64,000 bases of DNA from the human T2T-CHM13v2.0 reference genome, Homo sapiens: NCBI RefSeq assembly GCF_009914755.1, contig NC_060942.1; one strand, 5' to 3'. The notes below the pieces were generated by a model. It was not told the origin of the DNA. It saw nothing but the letters and a program-made list of their open reading frames with translations, and did no database searches. The translations under genes and the position numbers were made by a program. Below are positions 13,901 to 28,900 of this stretch, one piece after another; within the stretch, counting starts at the first letter, position 1; each line of letters starts with the position of its first letter.

Positions 13901-16900
13901 TGTTTGCATTCAAGTCACAGAGTAGAACATTCCCTTTGGTAGAGCAGGTTTGAAACACTCTTTTTTTAGTATATGGAAGTGGACATTTGGATCGCTTTCA
14001 GGCCTACGTTGGAAAAGGAAATATCTTCCCATAACAACTAGACAGAAGCATTCTCAGAAACTAGTTTCTGATGTGTGTCCTCAACTAACACAGTTGAACA
14101 TTTCTTTAGACAGAACAGTTTTGAAACACTCTTTTTGTGGAATCTGCAAGTGGCTATTTGGCTAGATTTGAGGATTTCGTTGGAAACGGGATTACATATA
14201 AAAAGCAGTCAGCAGCATTCTCAGAAAGTTCTTTGTGATGATTGCATTCAAGTCACAGAATTGAACATTCCCTTTCACAGAGCAGGTTTGAAACACTCTT
14301 TTTGTAGTGTGTGTAAGTGGACATTTGGAGCACTTACCGGCCAAAGGTGAAAAAGGAAATATCTTCCCATAAAAACTAGACAGAAGCATTCTCAGAAACT
14401 TACTCGTGATGTGTGCCCTCAACTAAAGGAGTAGAACCTTTCTTTTCATAGAGAAGTTTTGAAACGCTCTTTTTGTGGAATCTGCAAGTGGATATTTGGC
14501 TAGTTTTGAGGATTTCGTTGGAAGCGGGAATTCATACAAATTGCAGACTGCAGCGTTCTGAGAAACATCTTTGTGATGTTTGTATTCAGGACACAGAGTT
14601 GAACATTCCCTATCATAGAGCAGGTTTGAATCACTCCTTTTGTAGTATCTGGAAGTGGACATTTGGAGCGCTTTCAGGCCTATGTTGGAAAAGGAAATAT
14701 CTTCCCATAACAACTAGACAGAAGCATTCTCAGAAACTTATTTGAGATGTGTGTACTCAACTAAGAGAATTGAACCACCGTTTTGAAGGAGCAGTTTTGA
14801 AACACTCTTTTTCTGGAATCTGCAAGTGGATATTTGGCTAGCTTTGGGGATTTCGCTGGAAGCGGGAATACATATAAAAAGCACACAGCAGCGTTCTGAG
14901 AAACTGCTTTCTGATGTTTGCATTCAAGTCAAAAGTTGAACACTCCCTTTCATAGAGCAGTCTTGAAACACCCCTTTTGTAGTATCTGGAACTGGACTTT
15001 TGGAGCGATTTCAGGGCTAAGGTGAAAAAGGAAATATCTTCCCATAAAAACTGGACAGAAGCATTCTCAGAAACTTGTTTATGCTGTATCTACTCAACTA
15101 ACAAAGTTGAACCTTTCTTTTGATAGAGCAGTTTTGAAATGGTCTTTTTGTGGAATCTGCAAGTGGATATTTGGCTAGTTTTGAGGATTTCGTTGGAAGC
15201 GGGAATTCATACAAATTGCAGACTGCAGCGTTCTGAGAAACATCTTTGTGATGTTTGTATTCAGGACACAGAGTTGAACATTCCCTATCATAGAGCAGGT
15301 TGGAATCACTCCTTTTGTAGTATCTGGAAGTGGACATTTGGAGCGCTTTCAGGCCTATTTTGGAAAGGGAAATATCTTCCCGTAACAACTATGCAGAAGC
15401 ATTCTCAGAAACTTGTTTGTGATGTGTGCCCTCTACTGACAGAGTTGAACCTTTCTTTTCATAGAGCAGTTTTGAAACACTCTTTTTGTAGAATCTGCAA
15501 GAGGATATTTGCATAGCTTTGAGGATTTCGTGGGAAACGGGATTGTCTTCAGGTAAAATCTAGACAGAAGCATTCTCAGAAACTTCTTTGGGATGTTTGC
15601 ATTCAAGTCACAGAGTAGAACATTCCCTTTGGTAGAGCAGGTTTGAAACACTCTTTTTGTAGTATCTGGAAGTGGACATTTGGAGCGCTTTCAGGCCTAT
15701 GTTGGAAAGGGAAATATCTTCCCGTAACAACTAGGCAGAAGCATTCTCAGAAACTTATTTGAGATGTGTGTACTCAACTAAGAGAATTGAACCACCGTTT
15801 TGAAGGAGCAGTTTTGAAACACTCTTTTTCTGGAATCTGCAAGAGTATATTTGCCTAGCCTTGAGGATTTCGTTGGAAACGGGATTGTCTTCAGAGAAAA
15901 TCTAGACAGAAGCATTCTCAGAAACTTCTTTGGGATGTTTGCATTCAAGTCACAGAGTAGAACATTCCCTTTGGTAGAGCAGGTTTGAAACACTCTTTTT
16001 TTAGTATATGGAAGTGGACATTTGGAGCGCTTTCAGGCCTACGTTGGAAAAGGAAATATCTTCCCATAACAACTAGACAGAAGCAATCTCAGAAACTAGT
16101 TTCTGATGTGTGTCCTCAACTAACACAGTTTAACATTTCTATAGACAGAACAGTTTTGAAACACTCTTTTTGTGGAATCTGCAAGTGGCTATTTGGCTAG
16201 ATTTGAGGATTTCGTTGGAAACGGGATTACATATAAAAAGCAGTCAGCAGCATTCTCAGAAAGTTCTTTGTGATGATTGCATTCAAGTCACAGAATTGAA
16301 CATTCCCTTTCACAGAGCAGGTTTGAAACACTCTTTTTGTAGTGTGTGTAAGTGGACATTTGGAACCCTTACCGGCCTAAGGTGAAAAAGGAAATATCTT
16401 CCCATAAAAACTAGACAGAAGCATTCTCAGAAACTTACTCGTGATGTGTGCCCTCAACTAAAGGAGTAGAACCTTTCTTTTCATAGAGAAGTTTTGAAAC
16501 GCTCTTTTTGTGGAATCTGCAAGTGGATATTTGGCTAGTTTTGAGGATTTCGTTGGAAGCGGGAATTCATACAAATTGCAGACTGCAGCGTTCTGAGAAA
16601 CATCTTTGTGATGTTTGTATTCAGGACACAGATTTGAACATTCCCTATCATAGAGCAGGTTTGAATCACTCCTTTTGTAGTATCTGGAAGTGGACATTTG
16701 GAGCGCTTTCAGGCCTATGTTGGAAAAGGAAATATCTTCCCATAACAACTAGACAGAAGCATTCTCAGAAACTTATTTGAGATGTGTGTACTCAACTAAG
16801 AGAATTGAACCACCGTTTTGAAGGAGCAGTTTTGAAACACTCTTTTTCTGGAATCTGCAAGTGGATATTTGGCTAGCTTTGGGGATTTCGCTGGAAGCGG

Positions 16901-19900
16901 GAATACATATAAAAAGCACACAGCAGCGTTCTGAGAAACTGCTTTCTGATGTTTGCATTCAAGTCAAAAGTTGAACACTCCCTTTCATAGAGCAGTCTTG
17001 AAACACCCCTTTTGTAGTATCTGGAACTGGACTTTTGGAGCGATTTCAGGGCTAAGGTGAAAAAGGAAATATCTTCCCATAAAAACTGGACAGAAGCATT
17101 CTCAGAAACTTGTTTATGCTGTATCTACTCAACTAACAAAGTTGAACCTTTCTTTTGATAGAGCAGTTTTGAAATGGTCTTTTTGTGGAATCTGCAAGTG
17201 GATATTTGGCTAGTTTTGAGGATTTCGTTGGAAGCGGGAATTCATACAAATTGCAGACTGCAGCGTTCTGAGAAACATCTTTGTGATGTTTGTATTCAGG
17301 ACACAGAGTTGAACATTCCCTATCATAGAGCAGGTTGGAATCACTCCTTTTGTAGTATCTGGAAGTGGACATTTGGAGCGCTTTCAGGCCTATTTTGGAA
17401 AGGGAAATATCTTCCCGTAACAACTATGCAGAAGCATTCTCAGAAACTTGTTTGTGATGTGTGCCCTCTACTGACAGAGTTGAACCTTTCTTTTCATAGA
17501 GCAGTTTTGAAACACTCTTTTTGTAGAATCTGCAAGAGGATATTTGCATAGCTTTGAGGATTTCGTGGGAAACGGGATTGTCTTCAGGTAAAATCTAGAC
17601 AGAAGCATTCTCAGAAACTTCTTTGGGATGTTTGCATTCAAGTCACAGAGTAGAACATTCCCTTTGGTAGAGCAGGTTTGAAACACTCTTTTTGTAGTAT
17701 CTGGAAGTGGACATTTGGAGCGCTTTCAGGCCCATGTTGGAAAAGGAAATATCTTCCCGTAACAACTAGGCAGAAGCATTCTCAGAAACTTATTTGAGAT
17801 GTGTGTACTCAACTAAGAGAATTGAACCACCGTTTTGAAGGAGCAGTTTTGAAACACTCTTTTTCTGGAATCTGCAAGAGTATATTTGCCTAGCCTTGAG
17901 GATTTCGTTGGAAACGGGATTGTCTTCAGATCAAATCTAGACAGAAGCATTCTCAGAAACTTCTTTGGGATGTTTGCATTCAAGTCACAGAGTAGAACAT
18001 TCCCTTTGGTAGAGCAGGTTTGAAACACTCTTTTTTTAGTATATGGAAGTGGACATTTGGATCGCTTTCAGGCCTACGTTGGAAAAGGAAATATCTTCCC
18101 ATAACAACTAGACAGAAGCATTCTCAGAAACTAGTTTCTGATGTGTGTCCTCAACTAACACAGTTGAACATTTCTTTAGACAGAACAGTTTTGAAACACT
18201 CTTTTTGTGGAATCTGCAAGTGGCTATTTGGCTAGATTTGAGGATTTCGTTGGAAACGGGATTACATATAAAAAGCAGTCAGCAGCATTCTCAGAAAGTT
18301 CTTTGTGATGATTGCATTCAAGTCACAGAATTGAACATTCCCTTTCACAGAGCAGGTTTGAAACACTCTTTTTGTAGTGTGTGTAAGTGGACATTTGGAG
18401 CACTTACCGGCCAAAGGTGAAAAAGGAAATATCTTCCCATAAAAACTAGACAGAAGCATTCTCAGAAACTTACTCGTGATGTGTGCCCTCAACTAAAGGA
18501 GTAGAACCTTTCTTTTCATAGAGAAGTTTTGAAACGCTCTTTTTGTGGAATCTGCAAGTGGATATTTGGCTAGTTTTGAGGATTTCGTTGGAAGCGGGAA
18601 TTCATACAAATTGCAGACTGCAGCGTTCTGAGAAACATCTTTGTGATGTTTGTATTCAGGACACAGAGTTGAACATTCCCTATCATAGAGCAGGTTTGAA
18701 TCACTCCTTTTGTAGTATCTGGAAGTGGACATTTGGAGCGCTTTCAGGCCTATGTTGGAAAAGGAAATATCTTCCCATAACAACTAGACAGAAGCATTCT
18801 CAGAAACTTATTTGAGATGTGTGTACTCAACTAAGAGAATTGAACCACCGTTTTGAAGGAGCAGTTTTGAAACACTCTTTTTCTGGAATCTGCAAGTGGA
18901 TATTTGGCTAGCTTTGGGGATTTCGCTGGAAGCGGGAATACATATAAAAAGCACACAGCAGCGTTCTGAGAAACTGCTTTCTGATGTTTGCATTCAAGTC
19001 AAAAGTTGAACACTCCCTTTCATAGAGCAGTCTTGAAACACCCCTTTTGTAGTATCTGGAACTGGACTTTTGGAGCGATTTCAGGGCTAAGGTGAAAAAG
19101 GAAATATCTTCCCATAAAAACTGGACAGAAGCATTCTCAGAAACTTGTTTATGCTGTATCTACTCAACTAACAAAGTTGAACCTTTCTTTTGATAGAGCA
19201 GTTTTGAAATGGTCTTTTTGTGGAATCTGCAAGTGGATATTTGGCTAGTTTTGAGGATTTCGTTGGAAGCGGGAATTCATACAAATTGCAGACTGCAGCG
19301 TTCTGAGAAACATCTTTGTGATGTTTGTATTCAGGACACAGAGTTGAACATTCCCTATCATAGAGCAGGTTGGAATCACTCCTTTTGTAGTATCTGGAAG
19401 TGGACATTTGGAGCGCTTTCAGGCCTATTTTGGAAAGGGAAATATCTTCCCGTAACAACTATGCAGAAGCATTCTCAGAAACTTGTTTGTGATGTGTGCC
19501 CTCTACTGACAGAGTTGAACCTTTCTTTTCATAGAGCAGTTTTGAAACACTCTTTTTGTAGAATCTGCAAGAGGATATTTGCATAGCTTTGAGGATTTCG
19601 TGGGAAACGGGATTGTCTTCAGGTAAAATCTAGACAGAAGCATTCTCAGAAACTTCTTTGGGATGTTTGCATTCAAGTCACAGAGTAGAACATTCCCTTT
19701 GGTAGAGCAGGTTTGAAACACTCTTTTTGTAGTATCTGGAAGTGGACATTTGGAGCGCTTTCAGGCCTATGTTGGAAAGGGAAATATCTTCCCGTAACAA
19801 CTAGGCAGAAGCATTCTCAGAAACTTATTTGAGATGTGTGTACTCAACTAAGAGAATTGAACCACCGTTTTGAAGGAGCAGTTTTGAAACACTCTTTTTC

Positions 19901-22900
19901 TGGAATCTGCAAGAGTATATTTGCCTAGCCTTGAGGATTTCGTTGGAAACGGGATTGTCTTCAGAGAAAATCTAGACAGAAGCATTCTCAGAAACTTCTT
20001 TGGGATGTTTGCATTCAAGTCACAGAGTAGAACATTCCCTTTGGTAGAGCAGGTTTGAAACACTCTTTTTTTAGTATATGGAAGTGGACATTTGGAGCGC
20101 TTTCAGGCCTACGTTGGAAAAGGAAATATCTTCCCATAACAACTAGACAGAAGCAATCTCAGAAACTAGTTTCTGATGTGTGTCCTCAACTAACACAGTT
20201 GAACATTTCTATAGACAGAACAGTTTTGAAACACTCTTTTTGTGGAATCTGCAAGTGGCTATTTGGCTAGATTTTAGGATTTCGTTGGAAACGGGATTAC
20301 ATATAAAAAGCAGTCAGCAGCATTCTCAGAAAGTTCTTTGTGATGATTGCATTCAAGTCACAGAATTGAACATTCCCTTTCACAGAGCAGGTTTGAAACA
20401 CTCTTTTTGTAGTGTGTGTAAGTGGACATTTGGAACCCTTACCGGCCTAAGGTGAAAAAGGAAATATCTTCCCATAAAAACTAGACAGAAGCATTCTCAG
20501 AAACTTACTCGTGATGTGTGCCCTCAACTAAAGGAGTAGAACCTTTCTTTTCATAGAGAAGTTTTGAAACGCTCTTTTTGTGGAATCTGCAAGTGGATAT
20601 TTGGCTAGTTTTGAGGATTTCGTTGGAAGCGGGAATTCATACAAATTGCAGACTGCAGCGTTCTGAGAAACATCTTTGTGATGTTTGTATTCAGGACACA
20701 GATTTGAACATTCCCTATCATAGAGCAGGTTTGAATCACTCCTTTTGTAGTATCTGGAAGTGGACATTTGGAGCGCTTTCAGGCCTATGTTGGAAAAGGA
20801 AATATCTTCCCATAACAACTAGACAGAAGCATTCTCAGAAACTTATTTGAGATGTGTGTACTCAACTAAGAGAATTGAACCACCGTTTTGAAGGAGCAGT
20901 TTTGAAACACTCTTTTTCTGGAATCTGCAAGTGGATATTTGGCTAGCTTTGGGGATTTCGCTGGAAGCGGGAATACATATAAAAAGCACACAGCAGCGTT
21001 CTGAGAAACTGCTTTCTGATGTTTGCATTCAAGTCAAAAGTTGAACACTCCCTTTCATAGAGCAGTCTTGAAACACCCCTTTTGTAGTATCTGGAACTGG
21101 ACTTTTGGAGCGATTTCAGGGCTAAGGTGAAAAAGGAAATATCTTCCCATAAAAACTGGACAGAAGCATTCTCAGAAACTTGTTTATGCTGTATCTACTC
21201 AACTAACAAAGTTGAACCTTTCTTTTGATAGAGCAGTTTTGAAATGGTCTTTTTGTGGAATCTGCAAGTGGATATTTGGCTAGTTTTGAGGATTTCGTTG
21301 GAAGCGGGAATTCATACAAATTGCAGACTGCAGCGTTCTGAGAAACATCTTTGTGATGTTTGTATTCAGGACACAGAGTTGAACATTCCCTATCATAGAG
21401 CAGGTTGGAATCACTCCTTTTGTAGTATCTGGAAGTGGACATTTGGAGCGCTTTCAGGCCTATTTTGGAAAGGGAAATATCTTCCCGTAACAACTATGCA
21501 GAAGCATTCTCAGAAACTTGTTTGTGATGTGTGCCCTCTACTGACAGAGTTGAACCTTTCTTTTCATAGAGCAGTTTTGAAACACTCTTTTTGTAGAATC
21601 TGCAAGAGGATATTTGCATAGCTTTGAGGATTTCGTGGGAAACGGGATTGTCTTCAGGTAAAATCTAGACAGAAGCATTCTCAGAAACTTCTTTGGGATG
21701 TTTGCATTCAAGTCACAGAGTAGAACATTCCCTTTGGTAGAGCAGGTTTGAAACACTCTTTTTGTAGTATCTGGAAGTGGACATTTGGAGCGCTTTCAGG
21801 CCCATGTTGGAAAAGGAAATATCTTCCCGTAACAACTAGGCAGAAGCATTCTCAGAAACTTATTTGAGATGTGCGTACTCAACTAAGAGAATTGAACCAC
21901 CGTTTTGAAGGAGCAGTTTTGAAACACTCTTTTTCTGGAATCTGCAAGAGTATATTTGCCTAGCCTTGAGGATTTCGTTGGAAACGGGATTGTCTTCAGA
22001 TCAAATCTAGACAGAAGCATTCTCAGAAACTTCTTTGGGATGTTTGCATTCAAGTCACAGAGTAGAACATTCCCTTTGGTAGAGCAGGTTTGAAACACTC
22101 TTTTTTTAGTATATGGAAGTGGACATTTGGATCGCTTTCAGGCCTACGTTGGAAAAGGAAATATCTTCCCATAACAACTAGACAGAAGCATTCTCAGAAA
22201 CTAGTTTCTGATGTGTGTCCTCAACTAACACAGTTGAACATTTCTTTAGACAGAACAGTTTTGAAACACTCTTTTTGTGGAATCTGCAAGTGGCTATTTG
22301 GCTAGATTTGAGGATTTCGTTGGAAACGGGATTACATATAAAAAGCAGTCAGCAGCATTCTCAGAAAGTTCTTTGTGATGATTGCATTCAAGTCACAGAA
22401 TTGAACATTCCCTTTCACAGAGCAGGTTTGAAACACTCTTTTTGTAGTGTGTGTAAGTGGACATTTGGAGCACTTACCGGCCAAAGGTGAAAAAGGAAAT
22501 ATCTTCCCATAAAAACTAGACAGAAGCATTCTCAGAAACTTACTCGTGATGTGTGCCCTCAACTAAAGGAGTAGAACCTTTCTTTTCATAGAGAAGTTTT
22601 GAAACGCTCTTTTTGTGGAATCTGCAAGTGGATATTTGGCTAGTTTTGAGGATTTCGTTGGAAGCGGGAATTCATACAAATTGCAGACTGCAGCGTTCTG
22701 AGAAACATCTTTGTGATGTTTGTATTCAGGACACAGAGTTGAACATTCCCTATCATAGAGCAGGTTTGAATCACTCCTTTTGTAGTATCTGGAAGTGGAC
22801 ATTTGGAGCGCTTTCAGGCCTATGTTGGAAAAGGAAATATCTTCCCATAACAACTAGACAGAAGCATTCTCAGAAACTTATTTGAGATGTGTGTACTCAA

Positions 22901-25900
22901 CTAAGAGAATTGAACCACCGTTTTGAAGGAGCAGTTTTGAAACACTCTTTTTCTGGAATCTGCAAGTGGATATTTGGCTAGCTTTGGGGATTTCGCTGGA
23001 AGCGGGAATACATATAAAAAGCACACAGCAGCGTTCTGAGAAACTGCTTTCTGATGTTTGCATTCAAGTCAAAAGTTGAACACTCCCTTTCATAGAGCAG
23101 TCTTGAAACACCCCTTTTGTAGTATCTGGAACTGGACTTTTGGAGCGATTTCAGGGCTAAGGTGAAAAAGGAAATATCTTCCCATAAAAACTGGACAGAA
23201 GCATTCTCAGAAACTTGTTTATGCTGTATCTACTCAACTAACAAAGTTGAACCTTTCTTTTGATAGAGCAGTTTTGAAATGGTCTTTTTGTGGAATCTGC
23301 AAGTGGATATTTGGCTAGTTTTGAGGATTTCGTTGGAAGCGGGAATTCATACAAATTGCAGACTGCAGCGTTCTGAGAAACATCTTTGTGATGTTTGTAT
23401 TCAGGACACAGAGTTGAACATTCCCTATCATAGAGCAGGTTGGAATCACTCCTTTTGTAGTATCTGGAAGTGGACATTTGGAGCGCTTTCAGGCCTATTT
23501 TGGAAAGGGAAATATCTTCCCGTAACAACTATGCAGAAGCATTCTCAGAAACTTGTTTGTGATGTGTGCCCTCTACTGACAGAGTTGAACCTTTCTTTTC
23601 ATAGAGCAGTTTTGAAACACTCTTTTTGTAGAATCTGCAAGAGGATATTTGCATAGCTTTGAGGATTTCGTGGGAAACGGGATTGTCTTCAGGTAAAATC
23701 TAGACAGAAGCATTCTCAGAAACTTCTTTGGGATGTTTGCATTCAAGTCACAGAGTAGAACATTCCCTTTGGTAGAGCAGGTTTGAAACACTCTTTTTGT
23801 AGTATCTGGAAGTGGACATTTGGAGCGCTTTCAGGCCTATGTTGGAAAGGGAAATATCTTCCCGTAACAACTAGGCAGAAGCATTCTCAGAAACTTATTT
23901 GAGATGTGTGTACTCAACTAAGAGAATTGAACCACCGTTTTGAAGGAGCAGTTTTGAAACACTCTTTTTCTGGAATCTGCAAGAGTATATTTGCCTAGCC
24001 TTGAGGATTTCGTTGGAAACGGGATTGTCTTCAGAGAAAATCTAGACAGAAGCATTCTCAGAAACTTCTTTGGGATGTTTGCATTCAAGTCACAGAGTAG
24101 AACATTCCCTTTGGTAGAGCAGGTTTGAAACACTCTTTTTTTAGTATATGGAAGTGGACATTTGGAGCGCTTTCAGGCCTACGTTGGAAAAGGAAATATC
24201 TTCCCATAACAACTAGACAGAAGCAATCTCAGAAACTAGTTTCTGATGTGTGTCCTCAACTAACACAGTTGAACATTTCTATAGACAGAACAGTTTTGAA
24301 ACACTCTTTTTGTGGAATCTGCAAGTGGCTATTTGGCTAGATTTTAGGATTTCGTTGGAAACGGGATTACATATAAAAAGCAGTCAGCAGCATTCTCAGA
24401 AAGTTCTTTGTGATGATTGCATTCAAGTCACAGAATTGAACATTCCCTTTCACAGAGCAGGTTTGAAACACTCTTTTTGTAGTGTGTGTAAGTGGACATT
24501 TGGAACCCTTACCGGCCTAAGGTGAAAAAGGAAATATCTTCCCATAAAAACTAGACAGAAGCATTCTCAGAAACTTACTCGTGATGTGTGCCCTCAACTA
24601 AAGGAGTAGAACCTTTCTTTTCATAGAGAAGTTTTGAAACGCTCTTTTTGTGGAATCTGCAAGTGGATATTTGGCTAGTTTTGAGGATTTCGTTGGAAGC
24701 GGGAATTCATACAAATTGCAGACTGCAGCGTTCTGAGAAACATCTTTGTGATGTTTGTATTCAGGACACAGATTTGAACATTCCCTATCATAGAGCAGGT
24801 TTGAATCACTCCTTTTGTAGTATCTGGAAGTGGACATTTGGAGCGCTTTCAGGCCTATGTTGGAAAAGGAAATATCTTCCCATAACAACTAGACAGAAGC
24901 ATTCTCAGAAACTTATTTGAGATGTGTGTACTCAACTAAGAGAATTGAACCACCGTTTTGAAGGAGCAGTTTTGAAACACTCTTTTTCTGGAATCTGCAA
25001 GTGGATATTTGGCTAGCTTTGGGGATTTCGCTGGAAGCGGGAATACATATAAAAAGCACACAGCAGCGTTCTGAGAAACTGCTTTCTGATGTTTGCATTC
25101 AAGTCAAAAGTTGAACACTCCCTTTCATAGAGCAGTCTTGAAACACCCCTTTTGTAGTATCTGGAACTGGACTTTTGGAGCGATTTCAGGGCTAAGGTGA
25201 AAAAGGAAATATCTTCCCATAAAAACTGGACAGAAGCATTCTCAGAAACTTGTTTATGCTGTATCTACTCAACTAACAAAGTTGAACCTTTCTTTTGATA
25301 GAGCAGTTTTGAAATGGTCTTTTTGTGGAATCTGCAAGTGGATATTTGGCTAGTTTTGAGGATTTCGTTGGAAGCGGGAATTCATACAAATTGCAGACTG
25401 CAGCGTTCTGAGAAACATCTTTGTGATGTTTGTATTCAGGACACAGAGTTGAACATTCCCTATCATAGAGCAGGTTGGAATCACTCCTTTTGTAGTATCT
25501 GGAAGTGGACATTTGGAGCGCTTTCAGGCCTATTTTGGAAAGGGAAATATCTTCCCGTAACAACTATGCAGAAGCATTCTCAGAAACTTGTTTGTGATGT
25601 GTGCCCTCTACTGACAGAGTTGAACCTTTCTTTTCATAGAGCAGTTTTGAAACACTCTTTTTGTAGAATCTGCAAGAGGATATTTGCATAGCTTTGAGGA
25701 TTTCGTGGGAAACGGGATTGTCTTCAGGTAAAATCTAGACAGAAGCATTCTCAGAAACTTCTTTGGGATGTTTGCATTCAAGTCACAGAGTAGAACATTC
25801 CCTTTGGTAGAGCAGGTTTGAAACACTCTTTTTGTAGTATCTGGAAGTGGACATTTGGAGCGCTTTCAGGCCTATGTTGGAAAGGGAAATATCTTCCCGT

Positions 25901-28900
25901 AACAACTAGGCAGAAGCATTCTCAGAAACTTATTTGAGATGTGTGTACTCAACTAAGAGAATTGAACCACCGTTTTGAAGGAGCAGTTTTGAAACACTCT
26001 TTTTCTGGAATCTGCAAGAGTATATTTGCCTAGCCTTGAGGATTTCGTTGGAAACGGGATTGTCTTCAGAGAAAATCTAGACAGAAGCATTCTCAGAAAC
26101 TTCTTTGGGATGTTTGCATTCAAGTCACAGAGTAGAACATTCCCTTTGGTAGAGCAGGTTTGAAACACTCTTTTTTTAGTATATGGAAGTGGACATTTGG
26201 AGCGCTTTCAGGCCTACGTTGGAAAAGGAAATATCTTCCCATAACAACTAGACAGAAGCAATCTCAGAAACTAGTTTCTGATGTGTGTCCTCAACTAACA
26301 CAGTTGAACATTTCTATAGACAGAACAGTTTTGAAACACTCTTTTTGTGGAATCTGCAAGTGGCTATTTGGCTAGATTTGAGGATTTCGTTGGAAACGGG
26401 ATTACATATAAAAAGCAGTCAGCAGCATTCTCAGAAAGTTCTTTGTGATGATTGCATTCAAGTCACAGAATTGAACATTCCCTTTCACAGAGCAGGTTTG
26501 AAACACTCTTTTTGTAGTGTGTGTAAGTGGACATTTGGAACCCTTACCGGCCTAAGGTGAAAAAGGAAATATCTTCCCATAAAAACTAGACAGAAGCATT
26601 CTCAGAAACTTACTCGTGATGTGTGCCCTCAACTAAAGGAGTAGAACCTTTCTTTTCATAGAGAAGTTTTGAAACGCTCTTTTTGTGGAATCTGCAAGTG
26701 GATATTTGGCTAGTTTTGAGGATTTCGTTGGAAGCGGGAATTCATACAAATTGCAGACTGCAGCGTTCTGAGAAACATCTTTGTGATGTTTGTATTCAGG
26801 ACACAGATTTGAACATTCCCTATCATAGAGCAGGTTTGAATCACTCCTTTTGTAGTATCTGGAAGTGGACATTTGGAGCGCTTTCAGGCCTATGTTGGAA
26901 AAGGAAATATCTTCCCATAACAACTAGACAGAAGCATTCTCAGAAACTTATTTGAGATGTGTGTACTCAACTAAGAGAATTGAACCACCGTTTTGAAGGA
27001 GCAGTTTTGAAACACTCTTTTTCTGGAATCTGCAAGTGGATATTTGGCTAGCTTTGGGGATTTCGCTGGAAGCGGGAATACATATAAAAAGCACACAGCA
27101 GCGTTCTGAGAAACTGCTTTCTGATGTTTGCATTCAAGTCAAAAGTTGAACACTCCCTTTCATAGAGCAGTCTTGAAACACCCCTTTTGTAGTATCTGGA
27201 ACTGGACTTTTGGAGCGATTTCAGGGCTAAGGTGAAAAAGGAAATATCTTCCCATAAAAACTGGACAGAAGCATTCTCAGAAACTTGTTTATGCTGTATC
27301 TACTCAACTAACAAAGTTGAACCTTTCTTTTGATAGAGCAGTTTTGAAATGGTCTTTTTGTGGAATCTGCAAGTGGATATTTGGCTAGTTTTGAGGATTT
27401 CGTTGGAAGCGGGAATTCATACAAATTGCAGACTGCAGCGTTCTGAGAAACATCTTTGTGATGTTTGTATTCAGGACACAGAGTTGAACATTCCCTATCA
27501 TAGAGCAGGTTGGAATCACTCCTTTTGTAGTATCTGGAAGTGGACATTTGGAGCGCTTTCAGGCCTATTTTGGAAAGGGAAATATCTTCCCGTAACAACT
27601 ATGCAGAAGCATTCTCAGAAACTTGTTTGTGATGTGTGCCCTCTACTGACAGAGTTGAACCTTTCTTTTCATAGAGCAGTTTTGAAACACTCTTTTTGTA
27701 GAATCTGCAAGAGGATATTTGCATAGCTTTGAGGATTTCGTGGGAAACGGGATTGTCTTCAGGTAAAATCTAGACAGAAGCATTCTCAGAAACTTCTTTG
27801 GGATGTTTGCATTCAAGTCACAGAGTAGAACATTCCCTTTGGTAGAGCAGGTTTGAAACACTCTTTTTGTAGTATCTGGAAGTGGACATTTGGAGCGCTT
27901 TCAGGCCTATGTTGGAAAGGGAAATATCTTCCCGTAACAACTAGGCAGAAGCATTCTCAGAAACTTATTTGAGATGTGTGTACTCAACTAAGAGAATTGA
28001 ACCACCGTTTTGAAGGAGCAGTTTTGAAACACTCTTTTTCTGGAATCTGCAAGAGTATATTTGCCTAGCCTTGAGGATTTCGTTGGAAACGGGATTGTCT
28101 TCAGAGAAAATCTAGACAGAAGCATTCTCAGAAACTTCTTTGGGATGTTTGCATTCAAGTCACAGAGTAGAACATTCCCTTTGGTAGAGCAGGTTTGAAA
28201 CACTCTTTTTTTAGTATATGGAAGTGGACATTTGGAGCGCTTTCAGGCCTACGTTGGAAAAGGAAATATCTTCCCATAACAACTAGACAGAAGCATTCTC
28301 AGAAACTAGTTTCTGCTGTGTGTCCTCAACTAACACAGTTGAACATTTCTATAGACAGAACAGTTTTGAAACACTCTTTTTGTGGAATCTGCAAGTGGCT
28401 ATTTGGCTAGATTTGAGGATTTCGTTGGAAACGGGATTACATATAAAAAGCAGTCAGCAGCATTCTCAGAAAGTTCTTTGTGATGATTGCATTCAAGTCA
28501 CAGAATTGAACATTCCCTTTCACAGAGCAGGTTTGAAACACTCTTTTTGTAGTGTGTGTAAGTGGACATTTGGAACCCTTACCGGCCTAAGGTGAAAAAG
28601 GAAATATCTTCCCATAAAAACTAGACAGAAGCATTCTCAGAAACTTACTCGTGATGTGTGCCCTCAACTAAAGGAGTAGAACCTTTCTTTTCATAGAGAA
28701 GTTTTGAAACGCTCTTTTTGTGGAATCTGCAAGTGGATATTTGGCTAGTTTTGAGGATTTCGTTGGAAGCGGGAATTCATACAAATTGCAGACTGCAGCG
28801 TTCTGAGAAACATCTTTGTGATGTTTGTATTCAGGACACAGATTTGAACATTCCCTATCATAGAGCAGGTTTGAATCACTCCTTTTGTAGTATCTGGAAG

